A program made the position numbers and the translations under genes. Shown one piece after another: positions 1 to 8,530 of a stretch of 64,000 bases of DNA. Below the pieces are notes generated by a model. The model was not told where the DNA came from, ran no database searches, and was given only the letters and a program-made list of their open reading frames with translations. The stretch covers positions 32,172 to 96,171 of the forward strand of contig LBWJ01000007.1 of NCBI GenBank assembly GCA_000993595.1. Direction: 5' to 3'. The number at the start of each line of letters is the position of its first letter. Positions within the stretch are counted from its first letter, which is position 1. The stretch comes from Candidatus Peregrinibacteria bacterium GW2011_GWC2_39_14. GTDB taxonomy: Bacteria > Patescibacteriota > Gracilibacteria > UBA1369 > UBA12463.

Positions 1-588
1 TTTAGATTTATTGTCCTTAGATTCGACTGGTTTCTTGATTTCTTTTTTTGGTTCTGCTTCAACCTTTGCTTCCGGTGCAACCTGTGTTGGTTTCGCTTGT
101 TTTGCAGGCGCAGCTTGTCTTGCTCTTAATGACTGAAGCGCTTCGATTGTTGCGTATGCATTATTTAATTTATTTGTTGATCCGAAACATTTTGAGAGCA
201 TGTTCTTTATTCCAGCTAGTTCGGCAATTTTTTTCACCGATCCTCCGGCGATAACTCCAGTGCCAGGTCCTGCAGGCATAAGATAGATTCTTGCACTGTT
301 GAATTTTACTTTTACGTCATGTGGGATCGTGTCTTTAAATATTGCGACGTTAAATAAACTCTTTTTTGCTTGTAAAATTGCTTTTTGAATTGCTATTGAG
401 ACTTCAGTTGCTTTTCCAGTTCCAAGTCCGATTCTGCCTTTTCTGTTACCTATTACCACTGTTGCTCTAAATCTCATTCTTCTACCACCGGCAACAACGC
501 GTGTAACACGGCTTAATTCAAGAACTTCTTCTTCAAATTCTTTTACTTCTTGACCGCGTGGTCCCCCTCTATGTGCGTTTCGAGCCAT
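1..588 (-). CDS. rpsE: 30S ribosomal protein S5 (3' end runs off the window; ORF still open at nt 1)
   Basis: My own minus-strand translation from the ATG at 588-586 gives MARNAHRGGPRGQEVKEFEEEVLELSRVTRVVAGGRRMRF...GPGTGVIAGGS. It lies 3' of rplR as in the spc operon. It is absent from the ORF track because no stop lies in the window. A Lys/Ala/Pro-rich tail (..EAEPKKEIKKPVESKDNKSK) extends past the usual S5 length. Confidence 0.9.
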   Translation of the reverse strand, partial: MARNAHRGGPRGQEVKEFEEEVLELSRVTRVVAGGRRMRFRATVVIGNRKGRIGLGTGKATEVSIAIQKAILQAKKSLFNVAIFKDTIPHDVKVKFNSARIYLMPAGPGTGVIAGGSVKKIAELAGIKNMLSKCFGSTNKLNNAYATIEALQSLRARQAAPAKQAKPTQVAPEAKVEAEPKKEIKKPVESKDNKSK

Positions 589-621
589 TTTGTTTAATTA
601 GTTATTGTTAATTATTTGTCG

Positions 622-966
622 CTAAAATTTTAGTCCGCCTTCTCTGGCACCTTCTGCCATTGATTTTACTCTACCGTGATATTTGTATCCAGCTCTATCG
701 AAAACACATTCTGTTATGCCTTTTTCGATTGCTTTTTTTGCGAGTTCCATGCCGACTTTTTTTGCTCCATCAGCTTTTTTTGCTGATTTTTCTTTCATAT
801 TTCCGGCGTTTACGATTGTTTTCTTGCTCTCATCGTCAACGAGTTGAGCATATGTATATTTATTGCTTCTGAATATAACGAGTCTCGGGCATTTTTCCGT
901 ACCTCTAATTTTTTTAGAGATTCTTAGGTGTCTTATTTTTCTTGCTGCAATTTTAGTAGTTGTCAT
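622..966 (-). CDS. rplR: 50S ribosomal protein L18
   Basis: 114 aa. RLVIFRSNKYTYAQLVDD and FDRAGYKYHGRVKSMAEGAREGGLKF are L18 hallmarks. Lies between rplF and rpsE. Confidence 0.95.
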   Translation of the reverse strand: MTTTKIAARKIRHLRISKKIRGTEKCPRLVIFRSNKYTYAQLVDDESKKTIVNAGNMKEKSAKKADGAKKVGMELAKKAIEKGITECVFDRAGYKYHGRVKSMAEGAREGGLKF

Positions 967-984
967 TGTAGTTTATTTATTGAT

Positions 985-1012
985 GTCGCTTCGCGACGTT
1001 TTATTTATATTT
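985..1012 (-). repeat. Intercistronic hairpin element, module B only (rplF to rplR spacer)
   Basis: GTCGC-TTC-GCGAC hairpin (985-997) followed by GTTTTATTTATAT (plus-strand reading). Confidence 0.7.
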
Positions 1013-1019
1013 GCTTGTG

Positions 1020-1577
1020 TTACTTTGCTCCGCCACTTGCGCCAGCAACTGTTTTACCGGCTTTTTTCTTGATGATTTCACCTTCATATCTGATTCCTTT
1101 TCCCTTGTATGGTTCAGGCTTTTTGAGGCTTCTTAGCTTTGCGGCGAATTCACCGACTAATTGCTTATCAAAACCTTTTATCGAAATTATGTTTTTCTTT
1201 TCTTTATCAATGTCAACCACCAGTCCTTCTGGTGTTGTTACATTTACAGGATGAGAGAAGCCAAGGCTTAATTCAAGGTCTTTTCCTTTTAATATAGCCT
1301 TAAAACCAACTCCTTGAACGTCGAGCTTTTTTTCAAATCCTTTCGTGACACCTTCTATCATGTTTGCTAAAAGAGTTCGAATTGTTCCATGAAGATTTTT
1401 GAACGTATCGCTTTTTCTTGTCACCGTGATCACGCCATCTTTCACTTCAAGTTCTATTCCAAATGGAATATTAAGGGAAAGTTCATTTTTTGCTCCTTTA
1501 ATTTTTACGAGTGATCCTGTAACTTGCACTGTTACTCCTTGTGGTACTTGGACTGGTTTTTTTCCTATTCGTGACAT
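1020..1577 (-). CDS. rplF: 50S ribosomal protein L6
   Basis: 185 aa. MSRIGKKPVQVPQGV ... KGKGIRYEGE. Correct operon position. Confidence 0.95.
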   Translation of the reverse strand: MSRIGKKPVQVPQGVTVQVTGSLVKIKGAKNELSLNIPFGIELEVKDGVITVTRKSDTFKNLHGTIRTLLANMIEGVTKGFEKKLDVQGVGFKAILKGKDLELSLGFSHPVNVTTPEGLVVDIDKEKKNIISIKGFDKQLVGEFAAKLRSLKKPEPYKGKGIRYEGEIIKKKAGKTVAGASGGAK

Positions 1578-1620
1578 AATGTTTTTAATTTACAATTTAC
1601 AATATTACAATTTACAAACT

Positions 1621-2004
1621 TTAACGAATTTCACATAATAATTCTCCACCAATGTTAAGTTTTCTGGCTTCTTCGCCGGTCATAACGCCTTTTGACGTTG
1701 ATATGATGGCGATTCCAAAGCCGCTTTTAACTTTTTTAATTTCGTCTTTTCCAACGTATATTCTTTGTCCGAGCTTGCTTACTCTCTTTACTGACAATTC
1801 ATGAGCCCCTTCTTTCAATGTTATTTTGAGCTCAGGAAACTGTTTGTCGGATATTTTTTCCACTTTTTCAACAAAGCCGTGTTTTGCAATGATATTTGCC
1901 ATGTTCTCTTTGATTTTTGAATATGGAACATTTACAGTGCTGTGTCGCGCTTTCATTGCGTTCTTTATTCTAATCAATAAGTCTGCTATTGGGTCTGTGT
2001 GCAT
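1621..2004 (-). CDS. rpsH: 30S ribosomal protein S8
   Basis: 127 aa. TDPIADLLIRIKNA ... STSKGVMTGEEARKLNIGGELLCEI. Confidence 0.95.
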   Translation of the reverse strand: MHTDPIADLLIRIKNAMKARHSTVNVPYSKIKENMANIIAKHGFVEKVEKISDKQFPELKITLKEGAHELSVKRVSKLGQRIYVGKDEIKKVKSGFGIAIISTSKGVMTGEEARKLNIGGELLCEIR

Positions 2005-2023
2005 ATTATTTTATTTATAGTTA

Positions 2024-2038
2024 GGGCCGTTGGCCTGG
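2024..2038 (-). repeat. Intercistronic hairpin element, short module A (rpsN to rpsH spacer)
   Basis: GGGCC-GTT-GGCC, followed on the plus strand by TGG and then the TTA complement of the rpsN stop. The transcript reads UAA-CCAGGCC-AAC-GGCCC. Confidence 0.5.
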
Positions 2039-2263
2039 TTACCAAGATGATTTTTTAATACCTGGGAGTGCTCCTTTGCTGGCGTGTTCTCTAAAGCAAA
2101 TTCTGCACATTTCGAATTTTCCCATATATGAACCTACTCTTCCGCATAATTTGCATCGATTGTATACGCGTGTCGGGAATTTTGGCTTTTTGCCGGCTTC
2201 CAAGGCTTTCATTAACGCCTTTTGTCCTCTTATTGTTTTTACTTTTAGTGCTGTTCTTGCCAT
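2039..2263 (-). CDS. rpsN: 30S ribosomal protein S14, zinc-ribbon form
   Basis: 74 aa. CKLCGR...CRICFRE (CxxC-x12-CxxC), ending GIKKSSW. Lies between rplE and rpsH. Confidence 0.9.
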   Translation of the reverse strand: MARTALKVKTIRGQKALMKALEAGKKPKFPTRVYNRCKLCGRVGSYMGKFEMCRICFREHASKGALPGIKKSSW

Positions 2264-2285
2264 TTTGTTATGTTATTTAGTTGGT

Positions 2286-2343
2286 GTCGCTTCGCGACGT
2301 TTTAATTTATATGGGCCTGTGTTCGCCTTTGGCGAACGGCCTG
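2286..2343 (-). repeat. Intercistronic bipartite hairpin element, full copy (rplE to rpsN spacer)
   Basis: The transcript reads UAA-CAGGCC-GUUCGCC-AAA-GGCGAAC-ACAGGCCC-AUAUAAAUUAAAAC-GUCGC-GAA-GCGAC. Confidence 0.8.
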
Positions 2344-2988
2344 TTATTTTGCCATTTCGGCTCTTTCTCTTCCTGTTAATGCGAGTTCTGTCATTTCTTC
2401 TTTGCCTCCCGCTCCTTTTTTCTTTTTTAATTCAGCGTCTTTCTTGAAAGGGAAGTGCATTGCGTCCAACAATGCTCGTGTGTGTTCTTTATTTTTAGCT
2501 GTTGTCGTTATTGTTATTTGAAGGCCGTGAACTTTTGTAAGGTCTTCTACTCCTATTTCCGGGAATACCGTGTGTTCTTTAAGCCCAAGGTTATAAGCTC
2601 CGCGTTCGTCGAAAGCTGTTGTTGAGATGCCTCGGAAATCGCGTACGCGTGGGAGGGTGATGTTGATTAATTTTGTTAAGAAATCATACATTCTTTTTCC
2701 TCTAAGCGTTACCTTTATTCCAACGACTTGTCCTTGTTTTGTCTTAAAGTTCGAGATTGATTTATTCGTTTTGACAGCAATTGGTTTTTGACCCGTGATA
2801 GCCGCAATATTGTTCATTACGTCTGTGTGGTCTTTTCCGCCTTTTGTCATGTATGAACCAATTCCAACGTTAACTGTTATTTTCGTTATTTTTGGTACGG
2901 CCATAACGTTTTTAATTCCAAGTTTTTCTTTTAATGCCGGAATAACTTCTTTCAAATATCTTGTTTTTAGGTCTTCTGTTGTGCTCAT
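2344..2988 (-). CDS. rplE: 50S ribosomal protein L5 with a charged C-terminal tail
   Basis: 214 aa. The core PKITKITVNVGIG ... NLGLKEHTVFPEI matches L5. About 35 extra Lys/Glu-rich residues follow at the C terminus. Confidence 0.93.
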   Translation of the reverse strand: MSTTEDLKTRYLKEVIPALKEKLGIKNVMAVPKITKITVNVGIGSYMTKGGKDHTDVMNNIAAITGQKPIAVKTNKSISNFKTKQGQVVGIKVTLRGKRMYDFLTKLINITLPRVRDFRGISTTAFDERGAYNLGLKEHTVFPEIGVEDLTKVHGLQITITTTAKNKEHTRALLDAMHFPFKKDAELKKKKGAGGKEEMTELALTGRERAEMAK

Positions 2989-3341
2989 GATTGTTTCTTA
3001 GTTTTTTTAGATTTAATTGCTGAGCTATCGAATTTTTGGTCGACAGACTCTTTGCATAATTTGCATATTCTTGACTTTGTTTTTCCTTCTGTTTTGTATT
3101 CAACGCGAGCTGGCTTTGAGCAGTGTGGGCAGAGGATCATTGCGTTTGATACATCGAAGAATGTTTCATATCTTACCTTGTCACCTTTGCTGGTTTTCGT
3201 TTTCTTGATGTGCTTTGTTATAAGATTTAACTTTTCAACTGCGATTTTTTTGCGTTTTTGATCGACACGGATTACTTTTCCGCTTTTACCGCGATCTTTT
3301 CCTACAATAAGGAGCACGTTGTCTGATATTTTGATTTTCAT
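2985..3341 (-). CDS. rplX: 50S ribosomal protein L24 (Cys4-containing variant)
   Basis: 118 aa. KOW motif [14 protein letters not shown]. 4-nt ATGA overlaps with both rplN and rplE. The C-terminal half carries CPHC-x18-CKLC. Confidence 0.9.
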   Translation of the reverse strand: MKIKISDNVLLIVGKDRGKSGKVIRVDQKRKKIAVEKLNLITKHIKKTKTSKGDKVRYETFFDVSNAMILCPHCSKPARVEYKTEGKTKSRICKLCKESVDQKFDSSAIKSKKTKKQS

Positions 3342-3709
3342 AGTACTTCTGGCGCTAAAGAAATAATTTTTTGAAACGATGGGTTATCGCGTAATTCTCT
3401 TGCAACCGGTCCAAATACGCGAGTTCCCTTTGGCATAAGGTCTTTTCCTATGATAACGATTGCATTATCATCGAATTTTATATATGTGCCGTCCGGTCTT
3501 CTCGTATTGTTTCTTACTCTGATGACGACGGCTCTTTCAACGGATTTCTTTTTTACGATTCCTCTTGGTGAGGCTTGTTTTACTGTAACAACCACTATAT
3601 CTCCAAGTCTTGCCCATCTTTTTCCCGTTCCACCCATTGGCTGGATGCAAGTTGCCATTTTGGCTCCGGTATTATCTGCGACGACTAAATGTGATCTAAG
3701 TTGTATCAT
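3338..3709 (-). CDS. rplN: 50S ribosomal protein L14
   Basis: 123 aa. [17 protein letters not shown] ... FGPVARELR. Confidence 0.96.
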   Translation of the reverse strand: MIQLRSHLVVADNTGAKMATCIQPMGGTGKRWARLGDIVVVTVKQASPRGIVKKKSVERAVVIRVRNNTRRPDGTYIKFDDNAIVIIGKDLMPKGTRVFGPVARELRDNPSFQKIISLAPEVL

Positions 3710-3710
3710 G

Positions 3711-3944
3711 TTATTTTGATTGTGGTTTAACGACTGTCCAATTCTTTAATTTGCTTAGCGGACGAGTTTCATAAATTGTTACTTTATCTCCCATTTTGTA
3801 TTGTCCTTCAGGACTGTCGGCATAGAATTTCTTTGATGTTTTATATCTTTTCTTATATTTAGGATGAGCTTTATATGTATCAACTTTTACAACAATTGTT
3901 TTTTGCATCTTATCGCTCACGACTGTTCCTTCTTTTGTTCTCAT
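3711..3944 (-). CDS. rpsQ: 30S ribosomal protein S17
   Basis: 77 aa. [27 protein letters not shown]. Correct operon position. Confidence 0.93.
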   Translation of the reverse strand: MRTKEGTVVSDKMQKTIVVKVDTYKAHPKYKKRYKTSKKFYADSPEGQYKMGDKVTIYETRPLSKLKNWTVVKPQSK

Positions 3945-3965
3945 ATATAATTATTTTAAGTTGTG

Positions 3966-3985
3966 TTTGTCTCCGACAAACGACT
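3966..3985 (-). repeat. Module B-like hairpin (rpmC to rpsQ spacer)
   Basis: TTTGTC-TCC-GACAAA (6-bp stem, 3-nt loop) with the same position and flank (CGACTTTATTTA) as module B elsewhere. Confidence 0.5.
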
Positions 3986-4207
3986 TTATTTAGATGTAGC
4001 TGTTCGCTGTGCTCCAGCTGTGTTAACGTTTTTTAGTATTGTGATGACTCTTGCGACATATTTTTTTGTATCTTCAACTCTTTGATGATTCTTTGATTGT
4101 CCGGTGCGTGATTCAAACCTGTATTTCATCAGGCTTGTTTTGCCTTCTTTTAAGGCTTTTTCAAGCTGTTCCTTCTTCATCTTTTTTAATTCTTCTGTTG
4201 TATACAT
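3986..4207 (-). CDS. rpmC: 50S ribosomal protein L29
   Basis: 73 aa helical protein (ELKKMKKEQLEKALKEGKTSLMKYRF) in the slot between rplP and rpsQ. Confidence 0.85.
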   Translation of the reverse strand: MYTTEELKKMKKEQLEKALKEGKTSLMKYRFESRTGQSKNHQRVEDTKKYVARVITILKNVNTAGAQRTATSK

Positions 4208-4212
4208 ATTGT

Positions 4213-4635
4213 TTAAATGAGCTTGTTCTTATTAATAAATTTGCATTTTACAGGTAGTTTTTGAGTTGCGAGATATATTGCTTCTTTTGCTTCCGCTTCT
4301 GTGATTCCTTCGAGTTCGAATATGATTTTTCCGGCTTGTACTTCAGCGCAGAAGAATTCCGGTGTACCTTTTCCCGCTCCCATTGGGACTTCAGCCGCTT
4401 TCTTTGTGATGATCTTATCCGGGAATATTCTAATCCATATTTTTCCACCTTTTTTCGTGAATCTTGCCATAGCCTTTCTTGCGGCTTCGATTTGTCTTGC
4501 CGAGATTTCACCGGCTGAGATTGCTTTTAGTCCAAATGTTCCAAATGCCATCTTTGTTCCTCTTTGCGCCGGACCCCTAAGGCTTCCGCGATTTCTAAAC
4601 TGTTTTCTATGTTTTGTCTTTTTTGGTTGTAACAC
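4213..4635 (-). CDS. rplP: 50S ribosomal protein L16
   Basis: 140 aa with a GTG start. MLQPKKTKHRKQFRNRG ... GKIWIRIFPDK ... PMGAGKG. Confidence 0.95.
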   Translation of the reverse strand: MLQPKKTKHRKQFRNRGSLRGPAQRGTKMAFGTFGLKAISAGEISARQIEAARKAMARFTKKGGKIWIRIFPDKIITKKAAEVPMGAGKGTPEFFCAEVQAGKIIFELEGITEAEAKEAIYLATQKLPVKCKFINKNKLI

Positions 4636-4636
4636 T

Positions 4637-5293
4637 TTACATTTGGTTAAGTTTCTCTAGGTCTTTCTTGAATATATCTCCTTTGTATACCCAAACTTTT
4701 AATCCGATGATTCCGTATGTTGTTAGGGCAGGGACGTATGCATATTCAATATTTGCTCTGAATGTTTGAAGTGGGAGTTTTCCTTTGATGAAAAGTTCAT
4801 TTCTTGCGATTTCAACTCCATTTAAGCGACCTGAAGCATAAACTTTGACTCCAAGCGCTCCTGCATCCATTGCTTTTTCTAAAGCCATTTTTGCAGCTCT
4901 TCTATATGAAATTCTTTTTTCAACTTGTTGAGCAATCGATTCTGCAATTAAGCGTGCGTCTGTTGCAGGTTGTCTGATTTCTTTTATTTCAATTCCAAAT
5001 TTTTCATTAAATTTCTTTTCAAGTTCTGCGCGGAGTTCTTCGATCATTTCACCTTGATGTCCAATGATTGTGCCCGGTTTTGCCGTATAGATAACAAGTG
5101 TAACTTTTGTTGGGCTTCTCAAGATCTCTATTCTTGAAATAGCGTTTTCCTTAAGCCTTTTTTCGAGGTATTTTTTTACCTCAATGTCTTTGTGGAGCAG
5201 GGTAGAATATGATTTTTTTGTAGCAAACCATTTAGAGTCCCAGCTCTTTGTTATTCCTATTCTAATGATGTTTGGATTTACTTTTTGACCCAT
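4637..5293 (-). CDS. rpsC: 30S ribosomal protein S3
   Basis: 218 aa. MGQKVNPNIIRIGITKSWDSKWF with KH-domain pattern. Confidence 0.96.
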   Translation of the reverse strand: MGQKVNPNIIRIGITKSWDSKWFATKKSYSTLLHKDIEVKKYLEKRLKENAISRIEILRSPTKVTLVIYTAKPGTIIGHQGEMIEELRAELEKKFNEKFGIEIKEIRQPATDARLIAESIAQQVEKRISYRRAAKMALEKAMDAGALGVKVYASGRLNGVEIARNELFIKGKLPLQTFRANIEYAYVPALTTYGIIGLKVWVYKGDIFKKDLEKLNQM

Positions 5294-5294
5294 T

Positions 5295-5708
5295 TTATGT
5301 TGTTACAGTTTTTTTAGTGGTTTTTTTGACGGCTTTTTCCGTTTTTTCTGCTTTTTCAATTTTCTTTTCCGGTGCGGCTGTTTCTCTGACTTTTAATTCG
5401 ATTCTTAAGTGTGACATTTTTTTGATGATCGGATTTGCTCTTCCTCTTGAAGCGGGGATAAATCTTTTGAATTTAGGGCCATCGCTTACATAGATTGAAC
5501 TTATATATAGATTTTCTTTCTTTTGCTTGAGGTTGTTTTCTGCATTTGATGACGCTGATACCAATGATTTTCTGATTAAGTCTGCCGCTTTTTTTGGCAT
5601 GTATTTTAACAATGCGAGTGCTTCAACTACGTTTTTTTCTCTTACTATTCCCGCAACGAGTTCAAGTTTCTTTGGTGCTATTCTGATAAATTTTGTTACT
5701 GACCTCAT
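5295..5708 (-). CDS. rplV: 50S ribosomal protein L22 with a K/E/T-rich tail
   Basis: 137 aa. FIRIAPKKLELVAGIVREKNV ... GRANPIIKKMSHLRIEL, followed by a low-complexity tail. Confidence 0.92.
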   Translation of the reverse strand: MRSVTKFIRIAPKKLELVAGIVREKNVVEALALLKYMPKKAADLIRKSLVSASSNAENNLKQKKENLYISSIYVSDGPKFKRFIPASRGRANPIIKKMSHLRIELKVRETAAPEKKIEKAEKTEKAVKKTTKKTVTT

Positions 5709-5736
5709 TTTTTATTCTTTTAATTGATTGTTTATG

Positions 5737-6045
5737 CTACTTTGCCGCTCCGGTATCTTTACTGTCTGTACCTGTTAATCTTGCGAGTTTACCACCATGT
5801 CCTTTGAATTTTCTTGTAGGAGAGAATTCTCCGAGCTTGTGGCCTACCATTTGTTCTGTGATATATACAGGGATGTGCTGTTTTCCGTTGTGTACTGCGA
5901 TTGTGTGACCTACAAATTCAGGAGAGATGTCGCAGTTTCTTGCCCATGTTTTGATTGGTTTTTTATCTCCAGATGCGTTTATCTTTTCAATCTTTTTCAC
6001 CAGCTTCTGGTCGATAAATGGTCCTTTTTTTAAGCTTCTGCTCAT
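5737..6045 (-). CDS. rpsS: 30S ribosomal protein S19
   Basis: 102 aa. [11 protein letters not shown] ... [33 protein letters not shown]. Confidence 0.96.
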   Translation of the reverse strand: MSRSLKKGPFIDQKLVKKIEKINASGDKKPIKTWARNCDISPEFVGHTIAVHNGKQHIPVYITEQMVGHKLGEFSPTRKFKGHGGKLARLTGTDSKDTGAAK

Positions 6046-6066
6046 AGTGTACTGTTTTTTAGTTGT

Positions 6067-6126
6067 GTTGCCTTCGGCAACGTTTTGTTTATATGGGCCT
6101 TGCGCTTACGGCGCGGCCTGGCGTGG
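6067..6126 (-). repeat. Intercistronic bipartite hairpin element, full copy (rplB to rpsS spacer)
   Basis: Module B GTTGCC-TTC-GGCAAC (6067-6081), linker GTTTTGTTTATAT, and module A GGGCC..GCGC-TTACG-GCGC..GGCC (6095-6118), ending at the rplB stop. Confidence 0.75.
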
Positions 6127-6969
6127 TTATTTATTCCTTGTAGGTCTTTTTTTGATAATCCATTTTGTGCTGTATTTCTTGCGATCTCTTGTTTTGTAAC
6201 CATTGGCTGGCTTGCCCCAAGGTGTGCGTGGGCCTGTAAGACCGATTGGTTGTGCGCCTTCACCACCACCATGTGGATGTTCAACCGGGTTCATGGCTTT
6301 ACCTCTGACGGTTGGTCTCCATCCCATGTGACGCTTTCGTCCGGCTTTTCCAAGGCTTACATTTGAATGGTCGACGTTGGAAACAACTCCGATTGTTGCA
6401 AAACATTCTTTTGGAATCATTCTTACTTCTCCTGAAGGAAGTTGGACTTGTGCCATTTTTCCTTCGAGAGAAACGAGTTTTCCGCTTGAACCTGCTGATT
6501 TGATCATTTGTCCGCCTTTTCCCGGAACTAGTTCAAGGTTGAATATTGAATAACCGATTGGTATGTGGCTTAATGTCATTCTATTTCCGGATTGCACTCT
6601 TGCTTTGATTTTTGTGACGATGACATCGCCGACTTTTGCGCCTTCCGGTGCTAAGTTATAGCGTTTTTCGCCGTCTGTATAACAAACAAGCATAATGAAT
6701 GATGATCTTCCCGGATCATATTCAATCGTTTTGATCGTTGCTGAAATATTCATCTTATCTGTTTGGTTGAAATCAACCATTCTATATTGTTTGATGTAGC
6801 CGCCGCCTTGGTGTCTGATCGTGAGCTTGCCGGAGTTATTGCGACCCGCGTGTTTCTTTAGCCTTTTTAAGAGTCTTTTTACAGGATTGATTGTCGTAAC
6901 TTCCTCATATGTGAGGCCTGTCATGAGTCTTCTTCCCGGGCTTGTCGGTCTGTAGGTTTTAATCGGCAT
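6127..6969 (-). CDS. rplB: 50S ribosomal protein L2
   Basis: 280 aa. MNPVEHPHGGGEGAQPIGLTGPRTPWGKPA. Confidence 0.97.
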   Translation of the reverse strand: MPIKTYRPTSPGRRLMTGLTYEEVTTINPVKRLLKRLKKHAGRNNSGKLTIRHQGGGYIKQYRMVDFNQTDKMNISATIKTIEYDPGRSSFIMLVCYTDGEKRYNLAPEGAKVGDVIVTKIKARVQSGNRMTLSHIPIGYSIFNLELVPGKGGQMIKSAGSSGKLVSLEGKMAQVQLPSGEVRMIPKECFATIGVVSNVDHSNVSLGKAGRKRHMGWRPTVRGKAMNPVEHPHGGGEGAQPIGLTGPRTPWGKPANGYKTRDRKKYSTKWIIKKRPTRNK

Positions 6970-6970
6970 A

Positions 6971-7267
6971 TTAATCTTCTAATTTAAGTTTATTTATATC
7001 TATACCTTTTTTGCTGTTTATTTTAACGATTGCCTTCTTCATTAATGGTCTTTTTGTCATTACTCTTCCTTTTCCGATCAATCTGACTTTTTTGACTACA
7101 TTCATCATGTTTACTGAAACAGGTTTTTCACCATACATTTCTATGAATGCTCTTTTAACATCGATTTTCGTTGTTTTGCTTGATACCCAGAGCGTATATT
7201 GCTTTAATTCGCTTAGTCTTGTGCTTTTTTCTGTTGTGATCGGTCTGATTATTCTTGCGTATTTCAT
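6971..7267 (-). CDS. rplW: 50S ribosomal protein L23
   Basis: 98 aa. IIRPITTEKS ... FIEMYGEKPVSVN. Lies between rplD and rplB. Confidence 0.9.
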   Translation of the reverse strand: MKYARIIRPITTEKSTRLSELKQYTLWVSSKTTKIDVKRAFIEMYGEKPVSVNMMNVVKKVRLIGKGRVMTKRPLMKKAIVKINSKKGIDINKLKLED

Positions 7268-7287
7268 ATTTTATTTATAACTTCGTG

Positions 7288-7917
7288 TTATTTTGTCTTA
7301 AAAATTTCATTCATTTTTCCAAGTGATTCTTCAAGGAAAACGACTGTTTTGTAATTAATTAAATCTGTAATATTCAAATAATTTACCAAAATAGTTTTTA
7401 CACTTGCTATGTTTTTGCTTGATTTTTCGATTAATGCATTTTTTGCAGGAAGAACAAATAGGGCTCTTCTTGGAATTGGGAGTTTGCTGATCATTTCTGC
7501 AAAAAACTTTGTTTTTGCTTCTACTCCTTCGTATTTATCGAGCGCGATTATTTGATTTTCACGAGCTTTGTCTGAAAGAGCGCTTAATAATGCCTGTCTT
7601 CTTTGTCCTCTTGGCATGTTTTTGCTGAAGTTTCTGTCGTTTCTTGGGCCAAATGCAACACCACCACCGACGAAGTGTGGATTGCGGGATGAACCTTGTC
7701 TTGCATTTCCTGTGTGTTTTTGAGCATATGGCTTTTTGCCACCACCTCTGACTTCCGCTTTCGTTTTTGTATGAGCAATTGCTTTGCGAGCGTTTGCTGT
7801 TTGCATTACATGTGCTTGGTGAATCAAATCTTCATTGAATGGTTGTTCAAAATATTCTTTTTGAAGTTCAATTTGTCCTTTCTTTTCACCTTTCTGATTG
7901 TATAAATCGATTTTCAT
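7288..7917 (-). CDS. rplD: 50S ribosomal protein L4
   Basis: 209 aa. GGGKKPYAQKHTGNARQGSSRNPHFVGGGVAFGP. Confidence 0.93.
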   Translation of the reverse strand: MKIDLYNQKGEKKGQIELQKEYFEQPFNEDLIHQAHVMQTANARKAIAHTKTKAEVRGGGKKPYAQKHTGNARQGSSRNPHFVGGGVAFGPRNDRNFSKNMPRGQRRQALLSALSDKARENQIIALDKYEGVEAKTKFFAEMISKLPIPRRALFVLPAKNALIEKSSKNIASVKTILVNYLNITDLINYKTVVFLEESLGKMNEIFKTK

Positions 7918-7918
7918 G

Positions 7919-8509
7919 CTATTTTTTCACCTTTATGATTACGAGACTGTTTTTTGCTCCCGGAACGGCACCTTTTATTGCAAGTAGATTTTTTTCATTA
8001 TCTATGTGCATTATTTTTACATTTTTTATAGTAACTGTGTCGAGACCCATGTGGCCCGGCATCTTTTTACCTTTATTTACTCTACCAGGTTTTGCGCGTG
8101 TACCAATTGAGCCCGGTTCTCTGTGATGATGTGAACCGTGGGACATTGGACCTCTTGAGAAGTTGTGTCTTTTGATTACACCTTGAAAACCTTTACCCTT
8201 TGACACGCCGGTAATTGTGACTTCTTTAGCTTCTTTTAACGTTTCAAGATTTACAAGATCCCCTTTATTGAATTTTGATGTATCTTCTGCGTTGATTTTG
8301 AATTCTCGAAGATGCTCAAATTTTCTTGTCTTTGTTGGTTTCTTGAGCGCGTTAAATCCCAAAACTAACGCCGGATATCCATCTTTTTCAACAGTCTTAA
8401 CTTGTTCAATCGTATTTGGAGTGCAGTAGATAACTGTTACTGGGATCACGCGGCCATCATCTTGGATGATACGTGTCATGCCTAATTTTTTGCCGAGTAT
8501 GCCTACCAT
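7919..8509 (-). CDS. rplC: 50S ribosomal protein L3
   Basis: MVGILGKKLGMTRI ... FQGVIKRHNFSRGPMSHGSHHHREPGSIG. The ORF-track start at 8554 is a TTG that adds 15 non-conserved residues. I prefer the ATG at 8509. Confidence 0.9.
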   Translation of the reverse strand: MVGILGKKLGMTRIIQDDGRVIPVTVIYCTPNTIEQVKTVEKDGYPALVLGFNALKKPTKTRKFEHLREFKINAEDTSKFNKGDLVNLETLKEAKEVTITGVSKGKGFQGVIKRHNFSRGPMSHGSHHHREPGSIGTRAKPGRVNKGKKMPGHMGLDTVTIKNVKIMHIDNEKNLLAIKGAVPGAKNSLVIIKVKK

Positions 8510-8530
8510 ATTTAGTTTGGTTAAGAGGTT

